Program-made: the position numbers and the translations under genes
Shown here: in pieces, positions 28,869-43,074 of the stretch
How the letters are laid out: every line of letters begins with the position of its first letter
Numbering within the stretch: the stretch's first letter is position 1
The notes under the pieces: model-generated
What the model was told of the DNA's origin: nothing
The model's input: only the letters and a program-made list of their open reading frames with translations
The model's database searches: none
From: Octopus vulgaris
Taxonomy: Eukaryota
DNA: 64,000 nt
Direction of reading: 5' to 3'
Assembly: GCA_951406725.2 (NCBI GenBank)
Contig: OX597818.1
Coordinates: 84,320,001-84,384,000 of the forward strand

Positions 28869-29199
28869 TGTATGTATGTATGTATGTATGTATGCATGTA
28901 TGCATGTATGCATGTATGCATGTATGTATGTATGTACTTATGTATGTATTATGTATGTATGCACGTACGTATGCATGTATAATAGTTTGTGCGGTTGTAA
29001 ATTTATTACATTCATAAATCTATATGGAAGTGTGATATCAATGGTAGCAGAAACATATTGATTCAACAAAAAATTGAAAGGAAGTACTATAAGACCATAG
29101 AGTAGGAAAATAAAATGTAAAAGGAAAATGTATCCTACTGTACCTCATTCAAACGACGATGCAACAACCACACTCCTTCGTTTAAGTTTTAAAGGATAA

Positions 29200-29760
29200 T
29201 GCTTTACTGCACACTGAAGCGGACGATATTAACTAAAGTTTAAATCCTGTTCTGGAAATAAGAAATCTTGAAATTCATACTCAAGAGAAAATTTAGCAAT
29301 TCTATTCGCTAAGAATAAGCTACTAATATATATAACGAAAGGACTGCTTCATGTACGTACAGGCCTTTTACCTGTGCTACAAGAAGTTTAAAGTGAGGAT
29401 TATAAGAACTCCATCCACTAACTTAATCCAGATTTTAAAGACATTAGTTCTAGCATTCTCTTAATTACTGAAAGTGACGAAATCTTTTACATTTATTTGC
29501 CTGAGAGTCTTGTGCTCCTTTATCATATTTAATCAACAAATTTTCGTTATTCACACTTTATTCATAACAACAATTCTACTTTAACTAATATATCCGTTCT
29601 TCATTCTTACTTTAATTTTTCTTAATTTCTTACTGAAGTTGCTCCATACCTAATTAACTTACTTTGTTACTGTAATGAACACACTAATCTTCTTCAGTAT
29701 ACATTAAGCTCCCTAAATTTGTTATCACTTCACATTTCTCTCTGAACACTAATAACAATC
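29200..29760 (-). mobile_element. Very old RTE-like LINE remnant
   Basis: Faint traces on the minus strand (NLGSLM resembling YLGS; a W-D-V-N spaced block); heavily decayed. Confidence 0.3.
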
Positions 29761-31026
29761 TTTAACCCATATTATTGCTTTAAAGTTTATTTTCAATCAC
29801 CAAAACAACCCTGCTAGTTTCCTATGTACAACTTGGTGTAATTCTCCATTTTCTATTCTTTTGCTCGTCTACGGAACTACTTTCGCTATTATACTAGAAA
29901 TAGCAAACAAATCTTCTTCAAACCACACCACAGCATTTTTGAAAAGCCCAGTTTGGGTAAAACATTTCCACGTTTTCTACATCTAGGAAAATCAATGTGG
30001 TGATCACTGTTGAAATACCTTTCCTCATAGGCTTCCTGTCATTGTCTGGGGCTAAATTACAAACTGATCCACTGCTAATAAATTTCCACCACCCCTTTAT
30101 CTCTACTATTATAAATCCTCACCCACCGCTAACTCACCACCACTAAACTACGAAAACCACAAGCCGGCAGCACCACCACCATCACTAAACCGCTCCCATC
30201 ATCATTCATAATTTAAGGCTTTTTTTTTTCTTTTCATTTTTCTTCTGTGCATTTACCTATTTCTAGTTGCAGAAATATCTTCCATCTTCTATCTATCATC
30301 CTCCTCCACCATTCTTCCCACTTTTTTCCGTCCTTTCTTTTCTCTTCTTCCTTTCCCTCTCCTTCCTTTTTTTTTTTTCTTTGTTTCGTTTTTTTGTACT
30401 TTACCTTCATCTATTCTTGTTGCAATGTGGTATCCGATTAATCTCAGAAACATTCTATATAACGCATACACATACACAGGCACAAACACACAGAATCGCG
30501 TACGCATATACTTATGCATATACACAGGCGAAGTCCTGCATTATATTCTGGCCCAGCACCACCAACAACACCAACACCACCTCACGACTATCACGCGGAG
30601 CACAGCGGTGAGGAATGGCGGATTTTTGACGTGTGCAAAAATCAAGATATTGCAATTAAGAAACTACCTGCCTTCTTCCTATATAAAAATAAGGAGCGCA
30701 GACAAAAACAGCTGACAAAGCCACTGCCACCAGCACCAGCAACACCACCACCACCACTACTACTACTACTACGACTACTACTGATGTTGTTGATGATGAT
30801 GATGGTGGTGATGAGGATGATGACGATGATGATTATAACTATGATGGTGATTCTACTACCACTACTGCTGCTGCTGCTGCTACTACACCTACTACTCCTA
30901 CTATGATTTCGTTACTATTGCTGCTACTACTACAACTACTGCTATTACTGATGCTACTACTAGCTAAGTACCACTGTTTCAACAACTGATATTGTTACTA
31001 ATACAACTGACTACTACTAATACTAC

Positions 31027-31090
<64 letters not shown>

Positions 31091-32779
31091 TGTTGTTGTT
31101 GTTGTAGTTGTCATACTAGCGCTAATGCTATTACTAATGCTATTAAAACGACTACTATTCCTACTATTACTTCTACTATCAAATCATACTTTACATCTAG
31201 CGTGGCCCGTGGAGCATTCACAAGGCTTTCTTTACTCAATGTATCTTCCTTCTTCTGTCAGAACGATTTAACCTTAATGCAAATTGGCGAGCTTCCGCAC
31301 AGTCTCCGTGACTTGTCTCTTTTTCTCACCACATGACAATCGGTATAGGGTTGTTTACATCCTTGTAAAATCAACGGTTCTGCAGAAAGAGAACGATAAG
31401 ATAAATTCTAGACATAAAAATCATTACTGGAATGTATTTGCTAGACTAAAACCTACAAGACGGTGCTCCACCATGACCACACTCCCATGACTGAACCGTA
31501 AAAGATAGAAGATAAAAGTTTAATGATATATTTTTCAGAGCTTTGCTGTGGGTAAAATAAAGATGTAAACACATTATTTCTATGCTGAACATTTATGGGG
31601 AAAAAAATAAAAGAAAAAAATCTCTTGATAGACCATTGTATGTATGCATGTATATATGCATGTATATATGTATGTATGGATGTATGTATGTATGTATGTA
31701 TGTATGTATGTATATGTGTGTATTATGTATGCATGCATACATTAATGTATGTGTATGTATATATGTGTATGCATGTATGTGTTTGTATGCATGTGTGTAT
31801 GTATGTATGTGTGTGCATGTGTGTGTACGTGTGTATGTATGTGTTTGTGTGTATGTATGTATGTATGTATATATGTATAAATGACTGTATAAATATATGT
31901 ATGTGTGTATTATGTATGCATGCATACATGTATGCATGTGTATGTATATGTGTATGTATGCGTGTATGTATGTATGCATGTATGTATGTGTGGATGTATT
32001 AAGTATGTATGTGTTCGTATGAATGTGTGTACGTATGTATTTATATTTTTTGTATTTATTTTTATATTTATATCTAGTTTCAGCTCATGAGCTGTGGTCA
32101 TGCTGAGGCAGCACCATTTGGTATTGTTACATAATTTTATTACGTGTTTATACATGCATACATGTATGTCTGTTTGTGTGTGTGTTTGTATGTATGTATA
32201 TATGTATGAATGTGTGTATGTATGCATATGTGAGTATGTATGCATGTATGTATGTGTGTATGTATGTATACATGTATGTGTGTATGTATGTACGTATGTA
32301 TGTATGTGTTTATGTATGTATATGTGTATCTATGTATGTATATATACATGTATGTATGCATGTATGTATGTCCTGTGTGTGACATTAAACTGCAACCGGT
32401 GATGAGGCTCCAGTTTGGTATTTCTGAGTTTCAAGAGAGCCATCCCTTAATCACCATTAATCTCAAGTCTGTTCTGACTCACAAGCGTAGTGTATGACTT
32501 AAATATATTTCGCAGATGCAGAGGAGGCTCTCGTTATTCTTGGCAAAGCCGTTGGGAAGGTAGCTCTCCTGAGAGAAAGATTCCCTGCCATAAAACTTGC
32601 AATCAAAATAGTAGCAGTTATGTTGAAATTCTTGTCATTAGAGCCTAATATGGCGACCAAGAGAACGGTAAAAGTGTGTACAAGCTTTCATCATTTAAGT
32701 CCAGTGATGGACATTATCGAATATGAAACAGCTTTCTTCTAACATGTCGCAATCATCATGAATGTATATGTATACGTAC

Positions 32780-32824
<45 letters not shown>

Positions 32825-32826
<2 letters not shown>

Positions 32827-33125
32827 GGCGCATGACTCAGTGGTTAGAGCGTGGTTAGAGCTCGAATCCCGGACCGGGCTGCGTGTTGTGTTCTTGAGCA
32901 AGACACTTTATTTCACGTTGCCCCAGTTCTCTCAGCTGTAGAAATGAGATGCGACATCACTGGTGCCAAGCTGTATCTTCCGTTGCCTTTCCATTGGATA
33001 ACACTGGTGGCGTGGAGAGGGAAGGCCGGTATGCATGGGCGACTGCTGGTCTTCAAAAACAATCTTGCCCGGACTTGTGCCTGGGAGGGTAACTTTCTAG
33101 GTGCAATCCTAGGAGGGTAACTTTC
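32825..33125 (+). mobile_element. SINE family B
   Basis: Near identical by eye to the reverse complement of 19072-19395. Confidence 0.85.
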
Positions 33126-33348
33126 TGTGTCGTGACATATATTCATACATATGTATATACGTGCGTGTGTGTGTGAGTGTTTCTTAGATTTTAATCTAGT
33201 TCTTAAAGTTCAAGCGTTTCACTGGCAAAGGGAGAAGTCTACTAATGTAAAGAGGGTTCCTGGTGTTTGTAACTATGTTATTGAGTCTGTAGGTTGCTTG
33301 AGTTGTTGATGTACACAACCAAGTGGTTGCATGTGTTTATCTAAAATT

Positions 33349-33715
33349 TAGTGGTTCTCAACCAGGTTCTATGTGGCCCTTGGTGATCCATATATGGTTT
33401 TTGTTGTTAAGATTTATGTGCAATAAACTGGATATCTTTCTTCAATACACAGAATATTCAAACAATTTTCGATACAATTCTTTAAAATATTTACTCTTTT
33501 ACTTGTTTCAGTCATGTGACTGCAGCCATGCTGGATCACCGCCTTTAGTCGAGTAAATCGACCCCAGGACTTCTTCTTTGTAATACCTAGTACTTATTGC
33601 ATCAGTCTCTTTTGCCGAACCGCTAAGTTACGGAGACGTAAACACACCAGCATCGGTTGTCAAGTGATATTGTGGGGACAAATACAGACACACAAACATA
33701 TACATGTACATACAT

Positions 33716-33776
<61 letters not shown>

Positions 33777-34065
33777 TATATACAAAGGGCTTCTTTCAGT
33801 TTCCGTCTGCCAAATCCAATCACAAGGCTTTAATCGGCCCGAGGCTATTGTAGAAGACACTTGCCCAAGGTGCTACGCAGTGGGATTGAACCCGGAACCA
33901 TGTGGTTAGTAAGCAAGCTACTTACCACACAGCCACTCCTGCGCCTATTTAATCATATTTAATCATAAAAAATATAATAGGAGATTTTAGACATCGAGGG
34001 ACCCTCCTTGTGAGTAAAATGAGAATCAATGGGGTTCATACACAAAAGATGATTGAGAACCAATG
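33349..34065. mobile_element. hAT/Charlie-type MITE interrupted by a full family A SINE (33490-33945, -)
   Basis: TIRs tagtggttctcaacc (33349-33363) and gattgagaaccaatg (34051-34065); flanks atctaaaa and gtctaaag resemble an 8-bp TSD. Confidence 0.65.
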
Positions 34066-34203
34066 GTCTAAAGAATCTCAGATGGAGAAACTTTGGAATG
34101 TCTTGCAAATTTTCACTGAACCGTTAATAGATTGGATTGGGAGAATGCGCGTCACTCTATTTTACTCTTTCTTCGTAAAACCTAGCACTTCTAGGATTCT
34201 GTG

Positions 34204-34333
<130 letters not shown>

Positions 34334-35009
34334 TAAGTATATATGCATGTAAGTATGTATGCATGCATGTAGGTATTATGTACGTATCTATGTGTGTATA
34401 CACACGCACAAACATACACATATACCAAACACTCGTATATACGCTCACACTCAGCACATCCCCACCTCCAAAACTGCAACAAAAGCGACCGTTTAACTGA
34501 GATGAAATGTTCTGTAATCTCCCTGTTTTCACTAACGTGTCTATCGAGGGAACATTTCCGTTCTTGTTTATGCCATAATTAATCCTAAATTGAATTCCTA
34601 ATACGTCGTGTTAGCTTAATTGATTAGTACTTTTAACAATAAAGTCAGCATCAAATTTAGTGAGTGTCTGGCTGTATGCGTGTGTATGGGTATGTGTATG
34701 TATCTGTCTGTCTATTTGCACGCGCGTGTTTTTATTCTACCTTCTGTCTGCTTGTCTCAGTAATTATTTTGATGCTAAGAGAAGAAGCTAACAGACGCAA
34801 CCATGTAATCTTCCTAGAAAAGCTAACAGAGGTGATACTGGTGTAGTATGCAACAATAGAAGGTGTAACCTGATCGATTTTGAACGGACAGCCATTACAT
34901 AATACATACAGACACGCACACACACACATACAGAAATGCACACACTCACACACACTTACGTATATACATGCATATATAAGTATACATGTATACATATACA
35001 CATATATTA

Positions 35010-35149
35010 GGCACGCGTTGTAAGTAGCTTGCTTACCAACCACATTGTTCCGGGTTCATTCCCATTGCGTGACACCTTGGGCAAGTGTCTTCGGGCCGAC
35101 CAAAGCCTTGTGAGTGGATTTGGTAGATGGAAACTGAATGAAGCCTGTC

Positions 35150-35197
<48 letters not shown>

Positions 35198-35919
35198 GTA
35201 TGTATGTATGTATGTATGTATGTATGTATATGTTTGTGTGTCTGTGTTTATTCCTCCCCCCCATATCGCTTGACAACCGTTGGTGGTGTGTTTAAGTCCC
35301 CGTAACTGAGCGGTTCGGCAAAAGATGCCGATAGAATAAGTACTAGGCTTCCAAAGAATATGTCCTGGGGTCGATTTGCTCGACTAAAGGCGGTGCTCCT
35401 GCATAGCCGCAGTCAAATGACTGAAACAACTAAAAGAGAAATATATAATATGTATGTATGCATGTATGTATGTAAGTATGCATGTATGTATGCATGTATG
35501 TGCACATATATGTATACAAACATATATACATGGTTCCAAGGTCAGTCTCAGCGCGTGGTATTTTCTATACATCCAGGACGACCAAGACTCTGTGAGTAGA
35601 TTGGTGGACGGAAAGTAAAACCCGTCGTATATACATGTGTATGTATGTGTGTGTTTGTGTTTATGTGTATATGTGTGCGTCCGTGTGTTTAAATATATAT
35701 ATATGTATACGTATATATACATTAATCTTTGTTTTAATTTCAGTTATAATAAAAACAATTTTACATTCATCTGATGGGTGATTATATGCTTTTGTATATA
35801 GCTGGATGAAACTTCGAAGTCACTGTATATCTACATATATATAAAGAACATTCTTTTCTTTGTAGTTTAATCGTAGGTGATCTATTTCTAGCAAACGGCC
35901 GACTACCTAGTGGTCCTGC

Positions 35920-35950
<31 letters not shown>

Positions 35951-36470
35951 AGTACATATTTTTGTTTGAGTTTGCCCCTCACCATCAGTTGACAACTGGT
36001 GCAGGTTTGTAACGTTCCCTCTAACTTAGCGGTTCGGCGAAAAGACTGAAGGAATAAGTGCCACGTTTAGAAAAATAGTTTTGAGATCTAGTAATTCGGC
36101 TAAAACCCTCCAAGGGGCCGCCCCAGCATGACCACCGTCTAAGGTCGGAAAACAAAAGATAAAATATGTGTGTGTGTGTGAGAGAGAGAGAACACACAAA
36201 CACAGACACACACACACACACACACAGACACACACACACACATATATATATATGCCTGTATTTGTCGCCCCACGATCGCTTGACAACCGATATCGGTGTG
36301 TTTATGACCCGTAACTTAGCGGTTCAGCAAAAGACCCCGATAAAATAAGTATTAGGTTTACACAGAATAAGTCATAGGGTCGATTTCTTCGACCAAAAAC
36401 ATTTAAGGCGGTGCTCCAGCATGGCTGCAGTCAAATGATTGAAACACGTAAAAGCATAAAAGAATAAAAG
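35010..36470 (+). mobile_element. Cluster of family A SINEs (35010-35440 near complete; further head and tail pieces to 36470)
   Basis: Similarity to 55933-56330. Confidence 0.85.
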
Positions 36471-36646
36471 TATATATATACTTACACGTGAGGTTTAACC
36501 ATCATTTGACAAGTAACTTTAGATGTGTATTTCTACGATTACGGGCAGTATCAGGAAATATGTCATAACTGCAATTTAACTTTTGATACTTAACCGAAAA
36601 TGATACGAGGAATAGTAATTTTCAAGGGAAGCATAAGTGTGTGTGT

Positions 36647-36699
<53 letters not shown>

Positions 36700-36712
36700 G
36701 CGTGTGTACGTG

Positions 36713-36759
<47 letters not shown>

Positions 36760-36966
36760 GATACAAAATTACCTTATTTCCTTGAGTATGAGACGCAAGC
36801 TTAATTTAGTGTTAAATAATGCTTTATTAAACATTACATGCCGCCATTAAGAACTCTTTCTCATCTATAGCTACTTTTTATTCTGAGCAACACCGGGTAA
36901 ACTGTTAGCATGTTTGTGTGTATGTGTTTATACATACATAAAAAGCTAAATATTATACATGAACAG

Positions 36967-37053
<87 letters not shown>

Positions 37054-37159
37054 CATACATACATACATACATACATACATACATACATGCATACATACAT
37101 ACATACATACATACATACATACATACATACATACATACATACATACATACATAATAGGA

Positions 37160-38382
37160 GCAGTAGATATTTAACTCCAGTATTTCAACGAGCTATTATA
37201 TTGCCGATATTCAGGCAAATTTCATTGTCAGTGTTTGCTTTATATTGTAGTTCGTTTTATTTATCAAATTAAATGATTAGTTCTATCTCTTTTTCAGCTA
37301 AGATGCGTGATCTCACTGAGTTCTAAAAAGGGAAAATTGTTGGAGGTTGAATGGCAGGAGCTTCCGGCGCCAGAACAGCTGAGCTCCTTGGTTTTTCGAG
37401 GGCTACCATATCAAGGATGATGACTGAATTTGCGAAGCAGGCATAACCTCCAGCGGGAGGAATAAGTTCGGCAGGTCTTCAAAGCTCACTGAAAGGGACC
37501 GACGAATGCTGAATCGCATTGTCATGAAAAACCGCTGGGCAACTACCCCTAAAGTGACTGCAAAGTTGAATTAACATCTGACTAGCTCAGTTTCGACCAA
37601 AACTGTTCACCGTGAGCACAATAGAGCCGGATATCATGAAAGAGCCGCCATCAGGAAACCTCTGCTTTCTCATCAAAATATTCAGAAAAAGCTGAATTGG
37701 AGTAGACATCACAAGGGCTGGTCGACAGACCAACAGAAACGAGTAATATTCTCTGACGAGTCCAGTTTTTCTCATTTCCTCACTGCAGGGTGAGTTTATG
37801 TGTGGAGGTAGTCCAGGGAAGCTTTTAATCCTGACTGCCTTCTTCTTGCAGCAAAGCACGAAGGAGGATCTGTAATGGTTTCGGCAGCCATTTCTTGAAA
37901 TTCTCTTGGTCCAATCGTTGCCCTACATGGTAGGACCAACAGTAACGATCTTCTGAATATTTTGGAAAATCAAGTCCCCCCAAGGTTCAGACATTATTCT
38001 CTGATAGTGAGTGCAGCTTCCAAGATGACAATGCTCCAGTAAACACCTCTCATGTGGTTAAGAATTAGTATGAAGAGCACAGTAGTGAACTACAAAACAT
38101 TGAGTGGCCCCCTCAATATCCAGATCTTAATATTATTGAGCATCTGTGGTGCATCTTGGAGCAATAAGTTAGAAATCGTTACCCTCCACTGTGGTGTCAG
38201 CAACAGTTGGAGCAGGTTTTGCCGGAAGAATGGCTTAAGATTCCTCTCAATGAAGTCAGGAAGGTGTATGAATCTATTCCTAGAGGCATCGAAGGTGTTT
38301 AGAAAGCTAAAGGAGAACCAACTCCATATTAAATAAATATTCATTGAATTTAACATGTTCCAATGACTTTCTCCAACTCCTG
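37160..38382 (+). mobile_element. Tc1-family DNA transposon with a disrupted transposase (37303-38332) and 3' TIR
   Basis: MRDLTEF*KGKIVG...AELLGFSRATISR; GRSSKLTERDRR; RKPLLS; VIFSDESSF; KHEGGSVMV; FQDDNAPV; WPPQYPDLNIIE; 3' TIR ...gactttctccaactcctg followed by TA. Confidence 0.93.
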
Positions 38383-38414
<32 letters not shown>

Positions 38415-38484
38415 TATATGCACATACATACATACATACATACATACATACATACATACATACATACATACATACATACATACA

Positions 38485-38518
<34 letters not shown>

Positions 38519-38724
38519 CATAAAAACATACATATTGAAAAAAGTAAGATAGGGAGAAGAAACACTTTTTCATTCACATTCAAATACGCTTTCCAAAATG
38601 TCGCTGGACCGATAGTGGCAAATTATGTATAAATAAAGACAAAGTGGGTGAGGAAGACCAGTTAAAGCCGAACTCCAGCGTGTTGAATGGCCGTTGTTTT
38701 TTAAATGAAATAAAAGCAAACGGC

Positions 38725-39017
38725 CTTTTCTCCTTGGTACGAAAATGATGTAAGGCGAGCGAGATAGATGAAGTCTATTTTATTAGTTATTGTGGTCAAT
38801 ACAAGACTATTTTGACGATTAATATACAAACTAAATAAATCAATTTTAAAAAATTAACTTAATTTAGAAGTACATTTTTCGATCTTCGATTGTATATAAC
38901 ATATTTTAAGAAAAAATATAGCTATAAAATATATTTACCTTCATGGTAAATATATTTTGTGGTTACATATTTTATGGTTATTTTATGGTTACATCATTTT
39001 CGTACCAAGGAGAAAAG
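38725..39017. mobile_element. MITE-like element with 29-bp perfect inverted repeats
   Basis: cttttctccttggtacgaaaatgatgtaa (38725-38753) is the exact reverse complement of 38989-39017; AT-rich non-coding interior. Confidence 0.75.
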
Positions 39018-39024
39018 AACGTTT

Positions 39025-39880
39025 GTTTCAGCTGATGCCCCAATATAAAGAACCTCATCACCCGTAAACACTACGAAATGACAAATCCTAGTTATAACTT
39101 CCGAGACCTTGGAGCTTGTCCATTTGACGAAGAGTGCATGATATATTCCGTCATATGTAAGGCAGATGTCGAAGTAACGCTTGATGATAACATAACTGAA
39201 AAGAAGAGCTACATTACGCTATGTGAAGGTGACTTCAAAACTCGCTATGCTAACCACTCTTCTTCCTTCCGACACAGAAACAACAGTGAAGCCACTCAGT
39301 TGGCTAGCCTCGTATGGGGTTTGACCAACTCCACTCCACATACAATCAAGTATAAAATCGTTAATTCATGCTATATGTTAATAGATCTAAGAAAACCAAG
39401 TTATGCGTAGCTGAAAGATTGCACGTCCTCATTAGATCTAAATATTCCACCGCACTTCTGCATTCCAGATTAAAAATCTTCAACAAATGCAAACATATGA
39501 ACAAATTTCTTTTGGTAAGTTGGGGGACACACCCTCCTCTGATTTGAGCAGCTGTATCCCAGACTTTAGGCTCCTCTCTGCTGATCCATTCTACAGAAAT
39601 TATCTTTATTATGGCTTTACGGTCAAAGAGGACATAACTCAAATCTTGCTTTTTTTCGTTTCTTTTTCCGTTTATTTTCACCCTTTTTCTTTTACATCAA
39701 CCTTCCTTTCGCTTTATCTCGTGATTTCTCTTGTTCTAGCCTCCTGATTCGTAAATTGTATTGTCCATATGCTCTGAGCCAGAATTGTAACTTGGAGACA
39801 CAAAGTGTCATTAAAACTTGCCTGGCTACGTCTTCAATGCATGAAAATATTAATGCCTCGTAACCGTATTATATATTTAA
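39025..39880 (+). mobile_element. Penelope-like element GIY-YIG endonuclease relic (a different family) with 3' UTR
   Basis: CPNIKNLI...CPFDEECMIYSVICKA...SYITLCEGDFKTRYANHSSSF...TQLASLVW...LCVAER...NKCKHMNKFLL. Confidence 0.85.
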
Positions 39881-40928
39881 TTATACATATATAGACAATG
39901 TTGACTTCATAAGAAACTCTTTGGTTAGAGAGTGTTGAACTCCACTAGTGGGACGCGAACCCATATCTTTGCAAACCCCTGTTCTATCAAGACAATTATC
40001 CGAGCTTATCTACCAATTGTTGAAATTTTATTCTCGCCACCGAGAATGAAAGGTTGTTGGCGCTATAAGAATCTAGAAATATCAAGAACGCAAATTGTCT
40101 TTAATTGTTTTTTTGTTTTTTGTTATTTTTAGGGGGGGGATGGATCCCGAAGTAGATACAACTGTAAATAATAGCATGTAAATATTAGGTTAAAATCCCC
40201 TTGTATAGAAAAAGTTGAAAATTGACTGCGAGTCTTGAACCCACATCGCCTGTATATACAAACAGCACAATTTCATCAATTTATTTACAGAAACCTACTT
40301 ATTTTACGATTTAAGCAATTTCTTTATCAATTTGGCTTTTATTTTAATTTACTTTTATCAGACTAAAATTTATAGTTTCAAAATCAATTTAATAAAGCTA
40401 TTTTTGATTTTATTACGCCTCGTTCTGTCAAACGACAAAAATCTTTAAAAGTTAGTACCACTTATTCTTCTTAGTGGGAATTCATGTACACCTCCACCAC
40501 CATTCTTTATTATGCTATTTAAAAAAAAATATAGTCTTCGGATTTTTATGCTTTGCGTAGAAGAGATGATGAATCTTAAAATGCTTTATATATTTCTTTT
40601 ATACCTAAACTATATAAAAAGTACTTTTTAATACAAAGCACTAATTTAGGAGTCTCACTCTAATGCCTCATAAATGTATTTATGTATTAATTGCACGGAT
40701 AAAGAACACGAATATCTGACAATAGTTATGTTAGTTTAGAAAAATTATGAAAGTAATGGGTATTCAATAAATGAAAGAATTAGTTTTTACTCTAATTTCT
40801 GAAAATTTTAAATGCATTTGTTTCGATTTATTAAGGATGAAAACGTAATTACGAAAGTAATCAAAATATATTTATACAATTCAAACGCAGTGCAGATGGA
40901 ATATATTTTTATTATACTCATGACAAAA

Positions 40929-40973
<45 letters not shown>

Positions 40974-41132
40974 AATCAGCTTTAAATTCCCTAATCCTAA
41001 TGAGTATCAATTCAAAAGGATAAACATAAAATAAAAGATTGAAAAGTAAATAAATTAGGATTAAATACAAGTGAAATTACATACAATTATATAAATAAAA
41101 ACTTATGTTCATGCATACGTATATTACTATAC

Positions 41133-41238
<106 letters not shown>

Positions 41239-41844
41239 GTGCATGTGCATTTCAACATGTATGGGTGTACATTTGGATACGCACGCACACAACCATACAC
41301 ACACTTATATATATATACACATTGTAATATCGAACAGAGAAAAGGAATGTTACACACCGCACTGGTGCATTGGTGGAAAAATATTCTTTATCCAATTATA
41401 GTGTTATTATCAGTCTAAATATGACTGAGGCACGTTCGAACTGGGGAACAAGCTACTCACTGCGTTTTGTCACGGAAAATATACCCCGTTTTATTGACAA
41501 ATAGTGTGTATACACCTAGACCAGCTCGCAGCGCCACTTACCTAGACCGTGAGGTGCAAGCATTTTGGTGTAGTTATCCCTTCTTCGGTCACGAGCACCA
41601 GGCAGGTGGCGCTACGAGCTGATTGAAAAGCGTCTGAATCTCTTAAGCTTTTCCTGTTGCCCTACGGCGACTGATGGTGCTGTGCGGTGGCTCACCGTAA
41701 GTAAATTACAGAGGAACGCTAAACAGTGGTAAGTAAAAGCATGTTCGAATTGATTAGAATTTTATTTATCACTGCTTAGCACCCCGCCTCTGTAATCTTT
41801 ATCCAGTGTGTATGTGTCTGGCTGTGTGTGTGTATATGTACCCA

Positions 41845-42457
41845 GGCCTATTCCCCCATTAGTTTAGAAGTGGGTAACCACAACAAAACTAGGCATTCCA
41901 TTTATTTCCCAAACTCAAAGGGGCGAGCCCCGTTCTATGCTCGGATCAAGTCATAGAACGCAACCTCCAATATCAGCAGTGGGGCCCGTCAGCTTATGCT
42001 AGCTTACCCACCACGTCTTAATGCTGATTCTGTACCCCTTTGAGCAAACTCAAATTCACTCATCCGTTCACAAACAGTTACCAAGTTTTCCTATCATTTA
42101 TAAATTCTCTTTCCTCTCTCACTCCAACACCTCTAACTAACAAAGCTTTCCTCACTCCATCCAACCACATAAACCGAGGTCTGCCTCTGGTTCTGCTGGC
42201 TGCCACTTCTACCTTCATCACCATCCTTACCATCCGCCTCTCATCCATCCTCTCCATGTTGCCAAACCACCTCAACATCCGTCTATCCATTTTAGTAGTT
42301 GGTTTTTCTCGCATTCCTGCTCACCTTCGTACCTTCTCATTCATCATCCTGTCCATCCATGTCACACCAACCATAGCCCTCAGACATTTCATCTCAAACG
42401 AATCTAGCCGTCTCCTTTCCGCTTCTCTCAGCTTCCACGTCTTTGCACCATATACCT
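41845..42457 (-). mobile_element. RTE-clade LINE 3' end (5'-truncated)
   Basis: YGAKTWKLREAERRRLDSFEMKCLRAMVGVTWMDRMMNE...LRWFGNMERMDERR...RGRPRFMWLDGV...DRKTW. Confidence 0.9.
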
Positions 42458-42740
42458 TTGCTGTATTGTTTAACTTTTCCACCACTGCAGCACTATGCAG
42501 GTTTCTCTCCAGGCCACTTTCTTGCTTTACAATGTATGCACTCAATTGTCATTGCACAAATGGAAACTCTAGTGTCATCTGCATAGTGAACTGCTGGATC
42601 ACAATTGAAAGCTGCTTCATAGAAGTTGCTTCTCTGAGCTGTTGCAAATGGGGTCGATTTGTTCGACTAAATGCTGTGCTCCAGCATGGCCGCAGTCAAA
42701 TGAATGAAACAGATAAAAGAATGAAAGAATATATATATAC

Positions 42741-42905
<165 letters not shown>

Positions 42906-42907
42906 TA

Positions 42908-43070
42908 CAGGGGTTGGACAAAATAATGGAAACACCTTGAATATTCAAACAAATTTATTTTAATATGAGGTAGGACCTCCTTTGGCAGTAATTACAGCTT
43001 GAACTCTACGAGCTATGGACACGTGTCCAAAGGAAGTTTTGCCCATTCTTCAGCTAAAATAGTCTCCAGA
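42908..43070 (-). mobile_element. Tc1 terminal fragment
   Basis: TA followed by the TIR caggggttggacaaaataatggaaacacc; minus strand encodes RRVQAVITAKGGPTSY*. Confidence 0.85.
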
Positions 43071-43074
43071 GAAA

